Below, one piece after another: positions 14,226 through 28,679 of a stretch of DNA of 64,000 bases. The notes under the pieces were generated by a model. The model worked only from the letters and a program-made list of their open reading frames with translations, made no database searches and was not told where the DNA came from. Positions within the stretch are counted from its first letter, which is position 1, and each line of letters begins with the position of its first letter. Both the position numbers and the translations under genes were made by a program. Source of the stretch: Octopus sinensis (Eukaryota); contig NC_043002.1 in NCBI RefSeq assembly GCF_006345805.1, positions 106,268,001-106,332,000 of the forward strand, given 5' to 3'.

Positions 14226-15090
14226 GAGTTCGTGTGTCTGCGTGTAGATGAATAAATTTAATGATAGTTTCGTCACCAATTTTATGTTGAATCCTTCACA
14301 ATCGTTTAATCGTACACTTAACCCGATTCTCAGGTAGAATCCCCATGGCAAAAGTCTGACCAGGCCGGACCTTACACGTACAGTTCATCCAAAAGGTTTC
14401 GTCAATTCGCGTTTATTGACAAGCTTGGGTCAACGGTGTGTGTGTGTGTGTGTGTGTCTGTGTGTGTGTGTGTGTGAAGGAATAGTGAATTCATTTGAAG
14501 ATGCTCCGTAGAAGGATCGTACCTGTGATTCCATGGTTGAGAAAGGAACTTCTTAATCACTCACTCAATCATACTTGTGTCCGCATACACATAAACAAAC
14601 AATACACACACACAACCATAAACAAAAAGCAATTCCGCACACACATACACCAACACATACTGTTTTCTCAATAGGGCGGTGTTTTGATTCCTTACTTTAA
14701 CATAACAAGGAAGAGAGAGAGAGAGGTGGGGAGAGGAAGGGAAGAGAGAGAGAGAGATGTGTAAGAGTGGGGGATAAACAGAACTTACAAGTTTATAAAG
14801 TATTCTACAGACTAAATTAATCTCTCTGTCTACTGATGTATTTGTTGGTAAAATGTGTGTGTGTGTGTGTGTGTATATATAGGTATGCATGTATGTATGT
14901 ATATATACATACACACACGCACACATATATATGCATATATGCATGTATGTATGTATGTATGTATATATGTATGAATGTACGTATGTTTAGGATATCCAAA
15001 TGTATTGTGTAAATACGAATTTATACAATAACACTTCGAAATGTGCATGTATACAAATAGTCATACATGCGCGCACACACACACACACAC

Positions 15091-15141
<51 letters not shown>

Positions 15142-15252
15142 CATACATATGTATGTTTGTATGCATGTATATATATATATATATGTGATTATATATATAT
15201 ATACACACACTTACATATATATATATACATACACACACACACACGCATACAC

Positions 15253-15292
<40 letters not shown>

Positions 15293-15331
15293 GTAGAGGG
15301 AGAGAGACAAACAGACAGACAGACAGACAGG

Positions 15332-15366
<35 letters not shown>

Positions 15367-15383
15367 TAGATAGATAGATAGAT

Positions 15384-15421
<38 letters not shown>

Positions 15422-16029
15422 GCACTTACATACGTACACATGCACACGTACAAACACAGGTAGATGCAGATTCCCACATACATACAAATACATATACACC
15501 AACACGAACTCGTTTCTTATCTATCATACAATATAAATTACACACTCAAATCTGTCTGTCACAAAAATTTTCATCGCTTTAGGATTTCAATCTAACGTTT
15601 GCCTCAGAAATCTACGTATCATTTTTCGGTCTGTCAATTCGTATATTTCCGCAGGGGCAGAAGTGAATTGGTGTGGCAGAGACATACGTACCTTTGCGTC
15701 CTGGGTTCTCCTCCTGCCAATGCTTAAAACTGCAATTTTATGCTTTGGGGGCCAATAAAATAAAAGTAGCAATTAAGAACTGCCGTTCATTTAATCAGCT
15801 ATTTCTTCCAGAACACAAAATTACGTGGTCTTATACAACATAGCCGGACAAAATGCTTCGCGGAATTTTGTCCGTCTTTATGTTCCATATTCAAATGCTG
15901 CTGAATTCGACTTTGCCTTTCGTCCTTTCGGATTCGATAAAAACAAGGACCAGTTACGTACTGGGGTCGTTGTGATCGCCAACCCACCCCACCAAATTTC
16001 AGGCTTTGTGCCTATAGTTAAAAGGATTA

Positions 16030-16073
<44 letters not shown>

Positions 16074-16835
16074 TAAGGCGGCGAGATGACAGAAATGTTA
16101 ACACACCGGGCGAAATGCTTAGCGGTATTTCGTCTGTCTACACGTTCTGAGTTCAAATTCCGCCGAGATTGACTTTGAGTTTCATCCTTTCGCTGTCGAT
16201 AAATTAAGTACCAGTGAAACACTGGGGTCGATGTAATCTGAACAATCGTACGAGATTATGACAGCTATGAAACTATAAACATGTAATAACCGGAAAACAC
16301 CAGGAAATTATGGGCTCTCAAATTTCGAGTTAAAATTTTATATACAACGCACACACACATACACACACATGTATGTATGTATGTATGTATGTATGTATGT
16401 ATGTATGTATGTATGTATGCATGCATGCATGTATGTATGTATGTATGTATGCATGTATGTATTCATGTATGTATGTATGTGTGACCGTCAACACGTCTTG
16501 TGTTCATCTCCCATGTTCCTGCCTCTAGGCTTTCACTTAATACACGTCAGCTCAATTTGAATCATTCTCAGTCGAAAGACGCCTGTTGTTATTTCTTGTT
16601 GTTGTATTCGTAACTGTGTACCATGTTCTCCGTTTTTTTTGTTTGTTTTCTTTTTTCGTCTTTGTTGCCGTACACATTCGCTAGCTTTCTTACAAAGGGG
16701 TTTAATGCTCTTTGCTTAGACTTTTTGGGAGACAACCAGATAGCATCATCTCAAGTGTAACTGTCGAAATGGTCTTGTTCCGAACGTTTTAATGCTCTGT
16801 ATTGCGATTTTGTTCCATTTATATATATATATATA

Positions 16836-16893
<58 letters not shown>

Positions 16894-16933
16894 AACATAC
16901 ATACATACATACATACATTACTACATACATACA

Positions 16934-16967
<34 letters not shown>

Positions 16968-16975
16968 CACACACG

Positions 16976-17880
16976 CGAGGGGTGTCCATTAAAAATTTCC
17001 TTTGACCCACTTCCGTTTATTGCAGGAAACGGAACTTGTACAGGTATAATTATATGTCTTTACATGTCATATTGTGAATTGCAGCTTTTCACTTGTATTT
17101 GTTTGTCTTTTACGGCTGTTGAAGTGGATGAAGGTGTTATAACGATGGCTGTTGAATACAGATCAGTGATCAGGTTTTTATACTTGAAAGGTCGTACACC
17201 AAAAGAGATTTTCGATGAGATGAAAGAAGTTTATGGTGACGATGCACCACCATACGACGTAGTCAAGCACTGGCATCACCAGTTCAAATATGGTCGGACA
17301 TCGGTGGATAGTGCTCCTATTCCTGGACGACCACATTCCGCCATTAATGACGACACCATCCATAAAGCGGAATCCACCAGTTTGGAGGATCACCGTATAA
17401 CTATTGGGCACCTAGCCCAAGAAATGAAGATATGCGTAGGGTCTGTGGAAAAAAATCATTTACGAACATTTACACATGCGGAAGTTGTCTACACGATAGA
17501 TTCCCCGGATGCTCACATCTTTTCTGAAGCAAGAACGAGTCAATTGCTCCCAGGCTCTTTTGGCAAGAAAAGGAGGAGAACTTTGTGCCAAGAAAAGGAG
17601 GAGAACTTTTTCGACAGACTTATCACACAGGAGGAAATATGGGTCCATCTGTATGATCCTGACGCTAAAGTCCAGTCGAAGCAATGGAGGCATAATAACT
17701 CACCACTTCCAAAGAAGGCTCATGTCCAATCCTCAGCAGGCAAGGTGATGCTCACAGTCTTTTGGGACCAGCACAGAGTAGTGATGATAGATATTCTGGC
17801 AAAGGGCACCATAATTAACGGGGCATACCATGCTTCTCTGCTGCAGGAATTGTGGGACGCCATCAAATCATAGAGACGTG
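16976..17880 (+). pseudogene. Mariner transposase pseudogene, 3'-truncated, with left TIR
   Basis: TIR-like cgaggggtgtccattaaaa at about 16976. MAVEYRSVIRFLYLKG... (ATG 17145) HTH region; ITQEEIWVHLYDP (decayed ITGDETW) and KVMLTVFWD motifs. Frame disruption near 17450-17560; ends before the second and third catalytic Asp. Confidence 0.9.
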
Positions 17881-18089
17881 GTAAAAATTTATAGGATAGT
17901 TGAGATCAATTGGTAATAAACAAAACCTTAACTTTAGAAGGAAAAAGAAAGGTTTGAGCATCAGATGAACTGACTACTAAGAGACTTTTGGCATCATTCT
18001 CTATACGCGGAACCCGAAAATTGTTATGTGAAAATGCAAGCAATTGTACAGATGCAGACAAAAGATTTAATTAGGTCTAATCTAGTCTT

Positions 18090-19290
18090 GATTATATTAT
18101 TTCAAGGATAATGGCGACAACCCTCTACTCTTCCTTCTGCCTGGCGCTGATATATTTTGCCGACATGCTAAATCAGATCAAACTTGATTCAAAAACAAGT
18201 GTTATGGAAGGATAATCTACCATCTTTATTATATGGATGACCTCAAATTTTACAATACATATGATAATTAACAAAAACACACAGCTACAGACAATATACA
18301 GTTTCAGAATAAGAACTGATATTAAATATCATATTAGAAAAATGCACCAAGACTCATTGAAAAAGGAGATTGATAAAAACCAGTGATATCATGTTAGACA
18401 ACGAAACCACGGTAAGTGAATTAGACCAAAGAAAGACTTACTGTGACTTAGAAATCAATGTAATAGACAGTGCACAAAACTTGCACAACTAGAAGACAAG
18501 TTCAAGACTTTTATCGAATTGATATTTAATACAGAACTAATAAGATAGTCATAAGTTATAATTAAAATATTCTCAACTGAAAATAAAATGGATGAGAGAA
18601 ACTAGAGAGGAAAACCTCAAAAGAACCAAGCAATGTGAAAGAGAGGTTGAAGTGACACAAAATTGTGAAAAGAAACGAGAAACAATAACAGAGATTGTGT
18701 AAAAGCAAAAATGAGGACACAGAATGCTATGCTAAAGCGATGACAGAGTAAGTACTTACGTGAATAATACATTTAAAAATGACTGAATAACATGGAAATG
18801 GACGAAAAAAAATCGTAACTGTGACTGAGAAAACCAGAACTCAAAAACTGAAATAGAAAAATTTGTTGTTGTCCAAGACAAATACCTTCCAATAAGAACT
18901 GGGGAAAAAAAAGGGAAATATAATGAAAGAAAACACAAATAGTAATACATGTATGGAGGATGTGAAGAAACAATAATTTTCTGGTTGTTTAGTTTTAAGC
19001 AACAGAGAATATATATAACCTGAATGTTAAGTTAGAAAGCAGAAAGGTTCCTTATAATACTAAGTTCTTTTGGAATTATCTTAAAAGAGATGTGGGCAAA
19101 TAAACAATAAAGAGAAAATGGGAGTAGAAGGCTTAGCGCACACATATTGCGTAGAATAATTGCAATACAATAAAACAGGCATTAAAACATAAGAAAACAC
19201 TGCAAGTGCCCAAGGCATATAGAACTGCGCTCGGTTGTGTAATGAAAACACGCAATACGCACTAGACAACTGGAATACTGCTGATATCAC
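18090..19290 (+). mobile_element. Highly decayed R4-like LINE (RT region plus 3' end)
   Basis: HLYYMDDLKFY near 18220 and AHILRRIIAI near 19140, followed by (ACT/AAT)n. Confidence 0.65.
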
Positions 19291-19358
19291 CACCACCACC
19301 ACCACCATCATTACAACTACTACTACTACTACTATACTACTACTACTACTACTACTAC

Positions 19359-19406
<48 letters not shown>

Positions 19407-19989
19407 CAAGACAGGAATAAAGACAGAAAGAAAATTAAAAGAAGAAAAGAAGGAAACCGAAGAAAACTCAATCTTGCGAAAACGAAATACTGACATGGGT
19501 TCACAAATAGATAAATAATAAATAAATAAATAAATAAATGGCTAAATAAACCAATAAGATGATATAAAAATATACAGATAAAAATCTTGTTTTATTCGGC
19601 CCTTCCACTTGATGGCTTCTCGTCGGTTGGCAAATGGTAGAAGGCGTTGCGGAAAGCTGGTGTGCTTGTCTTGAGCGAACGAAACGTATAAAGGTAGTCA
19701 AAAAATATAAAACAAAAGCAAAACAAAGCCAGAAAAAGGAAATTAGCTACCTGTCTAAACAGGTTTATTATGATAGACATATCTGTCTGTATAGAATATT
19801 CTGTCTAAGAGATTTATGTGTGATTCGCTTTGTATTGAGTGAAAGAGCAATTAATAGCTTTGCCGTGGCTGCCTTACGTTGGAACATGAGAGAGAGCCAC
19901 CTACCGACAGTGACGTAGAGACACGAAATGGGAGAACAGCGAATGTTTGAGGTAAGATCAACGTAACGAAGAAATAAAGCTATGAGCAA

Positions 19990-20024
<35 letters not shown>

Positions 20025-20318
20025 TTAAACTATACATATGTTTCAATTTCTGCCTATGTGGTTATGCGTGCGTGCGTGTGTGGCAGAATCGTTAGCACGC
20101 CGGGCGAAATGCGTAGCCGTATTTCGTCTGTCGTTACGTTCCGAGTTCAAATTCCGCCGAGGTTGACTTTGCCTTTCATCCTTTCGGGGTCAATAAAATA
20201 AGTACCAGTTATGCACTGGGGTCGATGTAATCGACTTAATCCGTTTGTCTGTCCTTGTTTGTCTCCTCTGTGTTTAGCCCCTTGTGGGTAGTAAAGAAAT
20301 ATATGCGTACATTCATAC

Positions 20319-20350
<32 letters not shown>

Positions 20351-20354
20351 AAAG

Positions 20355-20670
20355 GCGCGTGGCTTAGTGGTTAGCGTATTTGGCTCTCGGTCGTAAGGTC
20401 CTGAGTTCGATACCCAGCAACGCGTTATTTCATTGAGCAAGACACTTTATTTCCCATTCCCCAATTTCACTCAGCTGGCAAAAATGAGTTGTACCTGTAA
20501 TTCAAAGGGCCAACTTTGTCACATTCTGTGTCATGCTGCCCCCCCCCCCGCGAGAACTACCTGAAGAGTATGTGTCTGTGGAATACTCAGTCACTTGCAC
20601 GTTAATTTCACGAGCAGGCTGTTCCGTTGATCGGATCAACTAAAAACACTTGTCGTCGTAACCGACGAAG
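20355..20670 (+). mobile_element. tRNA-derived SINE, head H2 + tail T1 (second copy 41090-41420, minus)
   Basis: Head ggcgcgtggcttagtgg...gagttcgatacc...cagctggcaaaaatgagt joined to the tgtacctgta...gtaaccgacg tail. Confidence 0.8.
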
Positions 20671-20856
20671 TGACGAAGTGACATATATGTATATAAAGAA
20701 AATCTCCCAAATGAAACACCTTCCAAATTCTGGGCATTCTCTTGTCTATCATCAAGTTTTACAAAGCAGTTCTATATTTAAGAGGTGAGGAATTATGTAT
20801 ACATTATTTACATTATTTACATTTGACGGCTATTTGTCCTCATATTGTTTGTTGTT

Positions 20857-20902
20857 AACACAACGTTTCGGCTGATATATCCTCCAACATTCATCAGGTG
20901 TC
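20857..20902 (-). ncRNA. Minimal HHR-like motif, left arm of the palindrome
   Basis: GACAC-CUGAUGA-A-UGUUG-loop-CAGCC-GAAA-C-GUU^GUGUU; stem I GACAC/GUGUU; stem II has one mismatch. Confidence 0.6.
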
Positions 20903-20965
20903 TTGGGGAAATTTTGAACTTGGTTTCTCATTCCTGAGGTATTTTTTAATGTTGCTGTTGTTGTG

Positions 20966-21003
<38 letters not shown>

Positions 21004-21146
21004 TAGGTCACTGCCTGGAATTGAACTCGGAATCTTGGGGTTAGTAGTCCGCGCTCTTAACCACTACGCCACGAACATATGGCGTTGTGGTTAAGAGCGC
21101 AGACTACTAACCCCAAGATTCCGAGTTCGAATCCTAGCAGTTACCC

Positions 21147-21188
<42 letters not shown>

Positions 21189-21246
21189 CAACAAAAACAT
21201 CGAAAAATACCTTAGGAATAAGAACGCAGGTTCGAAATTTCCCCAA

Positions 21247-21292
21247 GGCACCTGATGAAAGCTGGAGAGTATATCAGGCGAAACGTTGTGTT
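21247..21292 (+). ncRNA. Degenerate minimal HHR-like motif, right arm of the palindrome
   Basis: GGCAC-CUGAUGA-A-AGCUG-loop-CAGGC-GAAA-C-GUU^GUGUU; core intact, stem II damaged. Confidence 0.5.
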
Positions 21293-21381
21293 AACCACAA
21301 ATAAAATGAGGACAAATATCTGTCAAATGTAAATAATGTAAATAATATATCAAATTTTACGACCTGTTGCAGAAGGGGCGC

Positions 21382-21888
21382 ATCTTTTCGATTTGATGGC
21401 CAGATTTTTTAATTAATTCCTTTTAACTAAACACTTAGAAACTTTGGATACTGGTAGAATGTGTCACATAGAACGGGGTTTACTCTAAAAGTTTTTAACA
21501 AAATTTTATATTTTAGAAGTTGTCGTATTTGGGTAATTTTAACCAATCAATGACGTGTATTCAGCTGAAGAAAATTACTGCTGCTGTTTGCGAACAACTT
21601 CCAGGTCCACTCCCTTATCAAAATCCTTCTTTAATAACCAGAGAGGTCTCTATAGCAACATAGGTTTGCTGTATCAGGGTTGATTTGAGGCTAATTAACA
21701 ACAAAATTATTACTGAGACAGACCAACGGCGGAGCTTGTGTATGGTTGCATGACCTGCTAGAAAAAGTAGCCAAACTTTTTCATGTACAGAATAGAAAAA
21801 CATCTGACACCTTCAACCAGTATCCAAAGTTTCAAACTGTTTAGTTAAAAAAGATTAATTAAAAAATTGGCCATCAAATTGAAAAGAT
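21382..21888. mobile_element. MITE-like element with about 85-bp terminal inverted repeats
   Basis: 21382-21466 is the reverse complement of 21805-21888 (atcttttc(g/a)atttgatggcca...tttggatactggt...gtgtca); non-coding interior. Confidence 0.75.
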
Positions 21889-21972
21889 CCGAAAGGGCTC
21901 CATACATAGGGACGACATTAATGATTTTCAAGTCCTTATACCAGCCTAGGATCAACAAATGGAAACTTCTGA

Positions 21973-22018
<46 letters not shown>

Positions 22019-22902
22019 TGTGTATGCGCGCGCGCGCGTGTGTGTGTGTATGTGTGTGTATGCGTGTGTGTGTGTGTGAGTGTGTGCGTGCGTGTGTATG
22101 TGTGTGTGTGTATACATATATATATATATACTCTTTTACTTGTTTCAGTCATTTGGCTGTGGCCATGCTGGAGCACCGCCTTTAGTCGAACAAATCGATC
22201 CCAAGACTTATTCTTTGTAAGCCTAGTACTTATTCTAATCGGTCTGTTTTGCCGAACCGCTAGGTTACGGGGACGTAAACACACCGACATCGGTTGTCAA
22301 GCGATGTTGGGGGACAAACACAGACACACAAACATATACACACACACATATATATATATACATATATACGACAGGCTTCTTTCAGTTTCCGTCTACCAAA
22401 TCCACTCACAAGGCTTTGGTCGTCTCGAGGCTATAGTAGAAGTCACTTGCCCAAGGTGCCACGCAGTGAGACTGAACCCGAAACCATTTTGGTTGGTAAT
22501 CAAGCTACTTACCACACAGCCACTCCTACGTTGAAATAGTTTCCATTGCACGAGTGGTGCTTCACTGTGGCTGTAACCTTCGGGCTGGAACTACTAAAAG
22601 AATACACACATACACACACACACGTGCACGTGCGCGCGCACACACACACACACACTCACTCAAACACATATATACATATATACGACGGTCTTCTTTCAGT
22701 TTCCATCTACCATATTCCCTCACAAGGCTTTAGTCGGCCCGAGGCTATAGTAGAAGACACTTGCCCAAGGTGCCACGCAGTGGGACTGAACCCAGAACTA
22801 TGTGGTTCGTAAGCAAGCTCGTAACACAGTGTAGGTAAAAATACACCGGAGTCTTTTGTCATCTGTGGTAAGCAAGCTGCTTACCACACAGCCACTCCTA
22901 CG

Positions 22903-22995
<93 letters not shown>

Positions 22996-24161
22996 CATAC
23001 AGACATACATATGTGTGTGTATGCGTGCGCGCGCACACATATATAAACAATATGTTCGGAGTTATCACCGTATGAACCAGCGACCAAACTCATTATCCTT
23101 CACAAATCATCAGAAAAATCCTCATCTTTGATTTCCATGTGGAAACTGTTTATTAACTCAATTGAATTTTTCGTTTTAGGATCATAATTTCAACCAAACA
23201 TTTCAGATATTCACTTTGCTCGAAATAATCGCCAGACCGTTGATTAGATTTGAGACTGCGTGTTCAAACAGAAGCTATTATGTCGTGGAAGAGACAATTT
23301 AGCCAACCAAAATATGAAGACTGTAAATTCAAAAAATAGAAAAAAAGTGATTTTGACAGTATATACTTTAGATGTTTTCTTTTTCCAAATGCTTTTGTCC
23401 ATTCTGTAACAACTAATGAAAAATTATTTAAGACTTATGTCAAATATGGTAGTCTGCTCTTAGCCTTGTTATTCATGCAGGGATCGCCTATGGCAACTAA
23501 AGCTCATAGTTTTAATTCGTATAAACAGTGGACATTTTTCACACAAACTACCACTTCTATTAGTCGCTCTAAGTTATTTGCAGAAACGAATGAGGAGGAC
23601 TATTAAGACTGAAACTTGTAAAGTAGTGTGTTGGAATAGAATAACTATGATTTTAACTCCGTTCCGAAATCACCGCGGCAAAGTCCAGTTAAATAAAATA
23701 TATTTGCGCCGCGCACTGGTACGACAGAGTGATACAATAAGTGATCTACTAAGAAATAATTACAATAAAATTAGAAAACGTCTTAGAAGTAAACGAAGGG
23801 CAACAGGCTACACTAATAAGAAAACCCGAGAATGCAAACATTTCTCTGTATATATGAAAATAATAAATTTTAAACTAACAACACCATAGAGAAATACTTA
23901 AATAACGACAATACAGAAAATTAAAGAAAAAAGGAAAATTCAAAACGGGATATCTCAATTTATAAGAGAATTTATAACTACTAAGACCTTAACCGTCGCT
24001 ACGCTGCCGGTAAAAGCATTTTGTTAATCATGTACGTACCTTCTTTTAATTGTAAACTGTTTTATAGTGAAAGTCTTGCTAGTTTCTATGCTGACAACAT
24101 TCTACTTATATATCTGTCTTTCATAGACACTCACAAACAGACGTACGCACGGACACACACA

Positions 24162-24267
<106 letters not shown>

Positions 24268-24768
24268 ATTATTATTATTATATTATTATCATTATCATTA
24301 TAATTGAGTGAGTGAGTAGGGCATGTCATTAAAGTGATACTGGGGTAAAATATACGAAGCCCAGTATACCCCTCATGACTACCCATCTGATAAGGGCACA
24401 CCAGGTACATGCATCACCAGCATAAGTGCGTGGCATGGTGATCTTATATCAAGATAAACAGCGCATGACCTTGCAGGTGGGGCCCAGTTAGAATTTTCTT
24501 CAGGTTGAGTAGCCCATTCCGCTCAAAAAGGTCCTTGAATAAGGGTTGTTTAAGGATGCTGAACAAAACATCCATGTTTCCAGAGGTGAATTATTCAAAC
24601 CTCAAATAATTCCTCTCAACACATGTCTATGATGCTCCCCCACTACATCTGCTTATGATTAGAAATGCACAAATCGTCAGCCACTGAGGGACATGCTCAA
24701 CTAGTTTAGATCAAACAACTGTCAAGCAAATCTGTGGTGTTGAGCAGAATATTTGATATAGCCCATCT

Positions 24769-24802
<34 letters not shown>

Positions 24803-26030
24803 TGTATGTATGTATGTACGGGAAATAGATAGATAGATAGATAGGTTGGTAGAATTACTTATACAATGAAATGTACATTATTAATTATAAATCTTTAATG
24901 AATTTTAACGTTGCCACAATACAGCAGATTTTAAAGGCGAGTACATATTTTTCATTGGATCGATTCTGTATTTTATTGTATGTATTTTATTGGCTGCAAG
25001 AGGATTAGAGTCACAATTTAACCAAAATGAATTTGAATAATGGGTTGTTTCGAAATAATAAGAAGCATGTTATCTACAGTCGCCATTCCTCTGACTCTCC
25101 ACAATCTTACTCTTTCCACAGATTTCCTGCTTTTCGTTTTTTTTTTTGTTCATGTTTTGATCAGGGCCAAGTGGCTGCAAATAAAGCAAATAAATGCAGT
25201 TGATATTCTAGAAAATAGACGGGCAAAGAGGGAATCCTAGAGGGATCAAGTTCTGGGGAAGAAGGATTCAAGAGAAAATCTGTGTTTGGGTGATGGTGAG
25301 GTATGGTGATGGACACACTATGGATGAAGAGATTTGGTAAGAACGCATTCAAATCGACTTTACCATCCATCATTTCAAGACTTGACTTCAAGATAAACGT
25401 TAAACAATAAAATAATATAATAGACAATGAAATAACAAACGATATTTATTAGTGAGGTTTATTAATTATATTTATATATTATATACCATTTATTTCACAG
25501 GATTCTTTCTTCTTCACACACAACACACATATATATATATATACACATATATATATGTATACCACACAACACACACACACATATTATATATATATATAAT
25601 ATATATATGTACATATAAATACACGATATATATGCATATAATATATATACATACATATACACTCATATATATACATATATTATATATACATACATATACA
25701 CTCAATATATACATATATATTATATATTATATAATATATATATATATACACACGTACATATACACGTGTATATATATATGTACATAATATATAATATATA
25801 TGTATATATATACATATATATATGTACATATATATACAAAAACACGTGTATATATATATATACACACACCCCCATACATATATAAACATATATTACATGT
25901 ATAATATATAAACAGGTAATATCTGTTTACATCTCAATCACGTGTCTGAGGACAGAGACACATCGTACATGTACGAAACGAATACATACACACACACATA
26001 TACATATATCACACATATATAGGTATTTGC

Positions 26031-26072
<42 letters not shown>

Positions 26073-26779
26073 TGTAGTATGTATGTATGTATGATGAATG
26101 TATGTATATAATATATATATTATATATATATATACTATATATATATATACTAATATATATATACGTATATATATATATATATACGTATATATATATATAC
26201 ATACATATATTATAGTTTATATATATATATATTACGTATATTATTATATATATACATATATATATATATATACACATGTGGTACATATATATATATATAT
26301 ATATATGTAAGCTCGTATTATCTATGTATACTTGTGTATATATGTACATATATGAATATATATATGCGTATACATATATATATGTATATATGCATATATG
26401 TATACATATATATGTATATATACATACACACATACACATATATATACGCACAAAATAGTCAACATCTATTATAACCAGATATGAAAAGACAAAAAATATA
26501 ATAAAACATTATAAAATATAAAGTTAAAATTAAAAAATAAAACAAAATTAAATAGATTTCGCTCCTTATTATCATGTGACCAATTACTGTCACGTGGTTA
26601 GTCATTCGTCAATTGACCAACGGACAGTTGTCCGCGTCACCAAATATTTTGTCGCGTGTACTCTCCGACTGATAATTGTTCAGCCTTGGAGAAGCCTCAC
26701 CGCTTCTTTCGTCTCTGACAAAGTTAACAGACTTTTTATCATTATTGTTATTCTTGTCACAGATTTGTTTTGTCTTTTT

Positions 26780-27900
26780 TTTGTGTAGTTCCTTTTCGCT
26801 TTTCAACTTTTATTGTTTCTATATAAAGTTTTTGTCGCCATACATAGCTGTTGCTATCTTTTTCCAGCGTCTATCAATTGTTGATGTTGCTAACTTTTTG
26901 TGTGTGCGTGTGTGTTTTGATTTTGGTTATTTTGGGGCTGTTTTTTTTTTGTTATTGATGTGAATGTTTCTATTTTTGCTTTAACTTTGTTGTGACTGGT
27001 CGTAGTTGCTATTGTTACTGTCGTTGCTATTTTTCCACTTACCATTACTATTTGGTAGTGGACAATCTTTTAATGCTATTACAGTTTGATTAGCATTGCT
27101 AACCACTCAATTTCTGTTGTATTTTTACTTCTTGCGATGTTGCTACACACTTTGCTTAACCTTCATAGCGGCGTATCTTCTCATTCTCGATGCAATCTTA
27201 CTCGCTCCTCTGGTTGCAATTTTTACACTTATTGAAGTTGTTGCAGTTAATTTTTATAATATTTTAAAACTGATTTTTCTTTTTGTTCTCCAGTATTGTT
27301 GATATTATTGTAGTAGTTGCTAATTTTCCATTCCTGCTGTTGATATTTCTTCTACAGCTGTCGTCGTTCATATATCGTTGCTAACGTTTATAATATTACA
27401 GTTGCTTTTATAGTAGTAGCTATTGTTTTTGATGCCATTTTCTGTTATTTTGACCTTTAGTTTTGACTTTGTTCATGGAGTTGTTGCTATTGTTGCTGGT
27501 GGTGGTAGTGATGGCGTTTTCGTTGCTATTTTTTTTTTCTGTTCTGGCAATCCCACATTATCTCTCGTATATTACTTTATTTTACATAAGTTGGCACATT
27601 GTTGTTGCTCTTGTTATTTCACTGTTCTACCATTTTCCCTGCTGTTGGTTTATTACCGTTGCTGGGGGTCTGTTGATATTGCTGTTGCTGCGGCTGATGA
27701 TGATAACGATGATGATGAAAGAGATGATGACTCTTAACTTCAGAAAATACAACGAATAAAAAATTGACAAGAAAGAGAAAATGCAAATAAATATGAATCT
27801 ACAATATGACGCTGATGTAAAATATTAATAAATTATTATTATTATCATTATTATTATTATTATTATTATTATTGATAATGATAATAATAATAATAATAAC
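26780..27900. repeat. Decayed (GTT/GCT/ATT) trinucleotide low-complexity block
   Basis: About 1 kb of cryptically simple tgttgctattgttact-type sequence ending in (ATT)/(AAC)n. Confidence 0.7.
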
Positions 27901-28376
27901 AACAACAACAACAACAACAATAATGATAATAATGGCAGCAATACTAATCATAATTATTTCCCACATAGGTGCAAGCTAGTGTGTAGAGAAATAATTAAGT
28001 TAATACCCCATTATTTTACTGGTACTTTAGATCCATGAAGAATCAAAGTCGATTTGAACTCAGAGTGTAAACGGTCAGAAGAAATGCCACAAAGCATTTC
28101 TTCCTACGCTTGAACGATTCAGCCAGCTCACCATCTTTTGTAGTAGTAGTAGTAGTAGTAGTAGTTTCAAATTTTGGCGCAAGTAAGGCAAGCAATTTTA
28201 GGGGAGCGGTATATTTGTGATTACATCAACCTCAGTACTCAGCAGGTATTTATTTTGTAGATTCCGAAATGATAAAAGGTAAATGGACCTCGGTGGAATT
28301 TAAACTTAGAACGTAGGGTCGGAAGTAATACTGCAAAGCATTTTTCCACACGCTAAAATGGTTGCTAGCTTACCGC

Positions 28377-28421
<45 letters not shown>

Positions 28422-28431
28422 CATAATAATA

Positions 28432-28618
28432 AACACCAGGACTTACAAATACATATAACATACAGAAAATTGCACTACTGGGCACTGCACACATCCTACG
28501 CAAAACACTTTCCATACAATAACCATCAGAGCATCACAACAAATCACAGCACATACCCAAGGCAGACAGAGATGGGCTCGGCAGTGAAGTGAAAGCACGC
28601 TATAAAAATAAAACTACA

Positions 28619-28620
<2 letters not shown>
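28432..28620 (+). mobile_element. R4/Dong-like LINE 3' end embedded in (AAT)n
   Basis: IQKIALLGTAHILRKTLSIQ* plus 3' UTR; AAT arrays on both sides (28380-28430 and 28620-28680). Confidence 0.8.

Positions 28621-28679
<59 letters not shown>

Larger units (their letters stand above)
20767..21346. mobile_element. About 580-bp palindrome: divergent tRNA-like heads, each followed by (AAT)n and an HHR-like tail
   Basis: Arms meet at an 8-nt spacer (21072-21079). Each arm has A-box TGGCGT(A/T)GTGG and B-box GAGTTC(G/A)A(A/T)TCC sequences, a TAA array and CTGATGA...GAAACGTT. The right arm is truncated relative to the left. Confidence 0.85.

Noticed and set aside
12988-14351. 407-aa and 293-aa THSL/ARSL-repeat ORFs
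   Set aside because: They are translations of a tetranucleotide satellite that contains almost no stop codons on that strand; no splice or domain evidence.
21080-21145. Functional tRNA gene
   Set aside because: A/B boxes are present but the anticodon and acceptor stems do not pair, and it runs into (AAT)n; SINE-type head. The same applies to heads at 20355, 36045, 51707 and 56771.
23985-24012. Third Helitron 3' end
   Set aside because: Imperfect hairpin and no CTAG terminus or matching 5' TC end identified.
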